DNA of 64,000 nucleotides from positions 165,106,001 to 165,170,000 of the forward strand of contig OZ360221.1 in assembly GCA_977017645.1 (NCBI GenBank). Reading direction: 5' to 3'. Shown one piece after another: positions 61,405 through 64,000 of the stretch. The translations under genes and the position numbers were made by a program. Every line of letters starts with the position of its first letter. Within the stretch, counting starts at the first letter, position 1. A model generated the notes under the pieces. That model did no database searches. It was not told where the DNA came from and saw only the letters and a list, made by a program, of their open reading frames with translations. This DNA comes from Torpedo marmorata (taxonomy: Eukaryota).

Positions 61405-63005
61405 TTTTTTTTTTTTTAATATTTTATTTTAAGATTTTCAACTTTTTCACAATAATACAAAATAATGTAAAATATACATTAAACATCAGTTAAATTCGAT
61501 ACATAGGAATTTCGTATTACCATGAATCTAACCCCATCTAAACCACCCTTACTAAAACAACCCACCCTCCACCCTTCCCATCCCTTATCCCCTCCCCATA
61601 CTAGAACTAAAAAAGAAAAGAGAAGGGAAAAGAACAATTGAAAATATATCTGTACATATCCATGGCTCGATGCAAGAAATTCAACAATGTTCATTCTTCA
61701 AATTTAAACTTAAGAGAGTCAGCGGGGTCTGGGATGCAGGGCAACATATTTAAATATTCATTCCTGATAATTGGATAAATGGACGCCAAATTTGTAAAAA
61801 GAGTCCATACTTATTCCTCATATTGTATGTTATTTTTTCCAATGGGATGCAACTCTGCATCTCTGAATTCTATCTGCTCATACTCAGATTTGTGTCCGAT
61901 TTCCAGGTCACTGCTATACATTTCCTAGCTACTGCTAGTGCAATTTTAATGAATTTTAATTGCCATATGGTTAATTTCAATTTTGGTCTAGCTCCCTCTA
62001 CATTCCCCAATAAGAACAAGTTAGGGTTTTGAGGAAATGTAACACCTGTAACTAGTTTTAACCGGTTTCCTAACTCTGCCCAAAAATCTTTAACTTTTGA
62101 ACATGACCACGTTGAATGTAAGAATGTTCCTTCTTCTTCTCCACATCTAAAACATCTATTTGGTATTGTAGAATTCATCTTGTTCAGTTTTTGTGGTGTG
62201 AGGTATATTTGGTGTAAGAAGTTGTATTGTACCAGTCTATATCTTACATTAACAGTATTAATCATACTATCTAAGCATAGATCCGACCATCTTTTTTCAT
62301 CAATTATAATATTAAGATCTTGTTCCCATCTTTGTCTGGACTTATGAAGTCCTCGTTTTTGAGCTCCCTTCTGTAACAAAGAATATACTATAGAAGTAAA
62401 TTTCTTAGTGTTTCCTTTCCTAATAATAGTTTCTACTTCGCTACACTCTTGTAACAACATGTCTGGACCTAATTTTCCTCTTAAATAAGCTGTTAGTTGA
62501 AGATAGCAAAAAAATGTATTTCTAGGTATTCCGTATTTATTCTGTAATTGTATGAATGACATCATTTGATTTCCTTCATAACAATCTTCTATTTTCTTTA
62601 TTCCTTTTATGACCATGTATTTAAAAAAGGGTTATCTTTTGTAAATGGTATCAGATTGTTCTGTATCAATGGCATTTTAGGTGATATATTTCCTTTTAAT
62701 CCTATATCGTCATTAACCTTATTCCAAGCATTAATCAAATGTTTTAATAACGGTGTTTCTTTAACACCTGTCAACAGTTTTGAATTCCATTTATATATAA
62801 ATTCTTGTGGCTTCTTCTCTCCTATTTCTCCAAGCTCTATTCCAACCCACGCAGGTCTTTCTTCAGTTTCAAAAAAAGAAGCAATAAAACGCATCTGTGC
62901 CGCTCTATAGTAGTTCTTAAAATTAGGGAGTTGTAAACCTCCCAATTCATATTTCCATGTTAAACGTTCCATCGAAACTCTTGACATTTTTCCTTTCCAT
63001 AAAAA
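61405..63005 (-). mobile_element. L1 3' fragment, same family as 59435-60518
   Basis: FLWKGK...GGLQLPNF to CCHC; poly(T) on +; 16-bp TSD. Confidence 0.93.
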
Positions 63006-63141
63006 CTTTGCCCGTTCTCCTAACCAGACTCCTTGCTTCCTAGGAACAACACTAGTCACTGGCAGCCAGCCAGAAAAGGCCCCCTTTATTCCCTCTCTTT
63101 GCTTTCTGTCAGTCATCCAATCTTTATCCATTCCTGTAATA

Positions 63142-63845
63142 CAGTGGTTCCCAAACTTTTTAGGGCTGCCGCCCCCTTGGCTCCCAGGCCACACCCCTAG
63201 CGCCCCCCACCACACACACACATACAACGAACACACACCTCTTTCTTGGTATTAGGTCTACTGCAAATTTAAAACAACAACTAATCTAACACTATAAACA
63301 AGCATATGTATTTCACAAATAAAACTTTTCATAAACCAATTTATTTAGCAATATGAAAGGGTAAATTTACATCTCAACTGTAACTACATTGTCTTCACAG
63401 TTTTAATGGGATGGATGTGCTTGGTGCAGGGATATCAGGCTGGAAGGCACTAAGAAGAAGTCTTAGATCCCCACGTTCAATAATTTTCAGTTTGTTTCTT
63501 TGCTTGGAAAGAAGCTGGGCGACTGCACTGAAGCCTCGCTCTACTAAATATGATGTTGGGAAGGTAATAAAGTACATCTTGACTTTGTTCCACAGTGCAG
63601 GGTAGCGGTCAGAAATGTCTTTTTGTAACCAAAAATCTTGATATGATTTTTTGAACTTTGGAGTCATTTTGGAGTGAAATCAATTCTTCCTCCACCATTC
63701 CTGTTTCCTCATTGGGTGATCAATCCATTCCTCGATATCAGCAGTCTGGTATTTTAAGCAAAAAAATATCCTGAAATCTGTCAGACATGTCTCTATGCAG
63801 CTCATCCAGGTGTGCACAATACACTTGAAGGTCATCGTCTGATAT
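63142..63845 (-). mobile_element. hAT (Charlie/Buster-like) transposon 3' end
   Basis: TIR CAGTGGTTCCCAAAC; FPTSYLVERGFS...RN...DLRL dimerisation domain. Confidence 0.88.
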
Positions 63846-64000
63846 GCGTAATGGCGGTGCTGCCGGAGCCGCTGTAGCGGCAGTGCTGGTGTGGGAGCGG
63901 AGATACAGTGCTCCCGCAGGGTCCAGCCGCCCAGTCGACTGCCGTTGGTTCCGCACGGGCTTTGAACGGCCCGTTAAAGGAGCCAACAGTGGTTTTATTT
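63846..64000 (+). mobile_element. 5' part of a second copy of the non-autonomous retroposon
   Basis: ggagatacagtgctccc...gcccagtcgactgcc...ggcccgttaaaggagcc matches 49590-49628 plus 54273-54337 uninterrupted. Confidence 0.8.

Larger units (their letters stand above)
42085..63141 (-). mobile_element. Old CR1 (outer host element), in pieces 42085-42762, 61247-61404 and 63006-63141
   Basis: CR1 RT C-terminus and 3' UTR; pieces rejoin across TSDs CTTTAGGGAAT and CTTTGCCCGTTCTCCT. Confidence 0.8.

Noticed and set aside
1-64000. CRISPR arrays, operons or prokaryotic defence systems
   Set aside because: No regularly spaced repeat-spacer arrays; all RT and nuclease ORFs belong to eukaryotic transposons

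Overview
Eukaryotic, repeat-saturated vertebrate DNA. The repeat complement (HE1/V-SINE with a CR1 tail, DeuSINE remnant, CR1, Rex1/Babar-type LINEs, Penelope-like elements) points to a cartilaginous fish, probably a ray; this is inference. Most of the window is nested transposons: three compact Mag-like Ty3/Gypsy LTR elements (670-5087, 9616-22426, 49629-54267), one large tRNA-His-primed Gypsy with a PNMA-like Gag (43285-57249), a full-length near-intact L1 (15609-21516) plus five truncated L1s, CR1 and Rex1 pieces, Penelope-derived fold-back elements carrying hammerhead motifs, and Tigger and hAT derivatives. No complete host gene is present; one plausible isolated exon lies at 22598-22671. 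Two signals stand out. (1) Each LTR of the large Gypsy holds an exon-intron-exon unit plus a downstream, precisely spliced copy of it, suggesting an LTR that is spliced yet regenerates its introns. (2) The three compact Gypsy elements have no tRNA primer site; their PBS position is complementary to their own LTR poly(A)-signal segment, with compensatory changes between copies, suggesting self-priming. All calls are by eye, without database searches; coordinates of decayed fragments are approximate.
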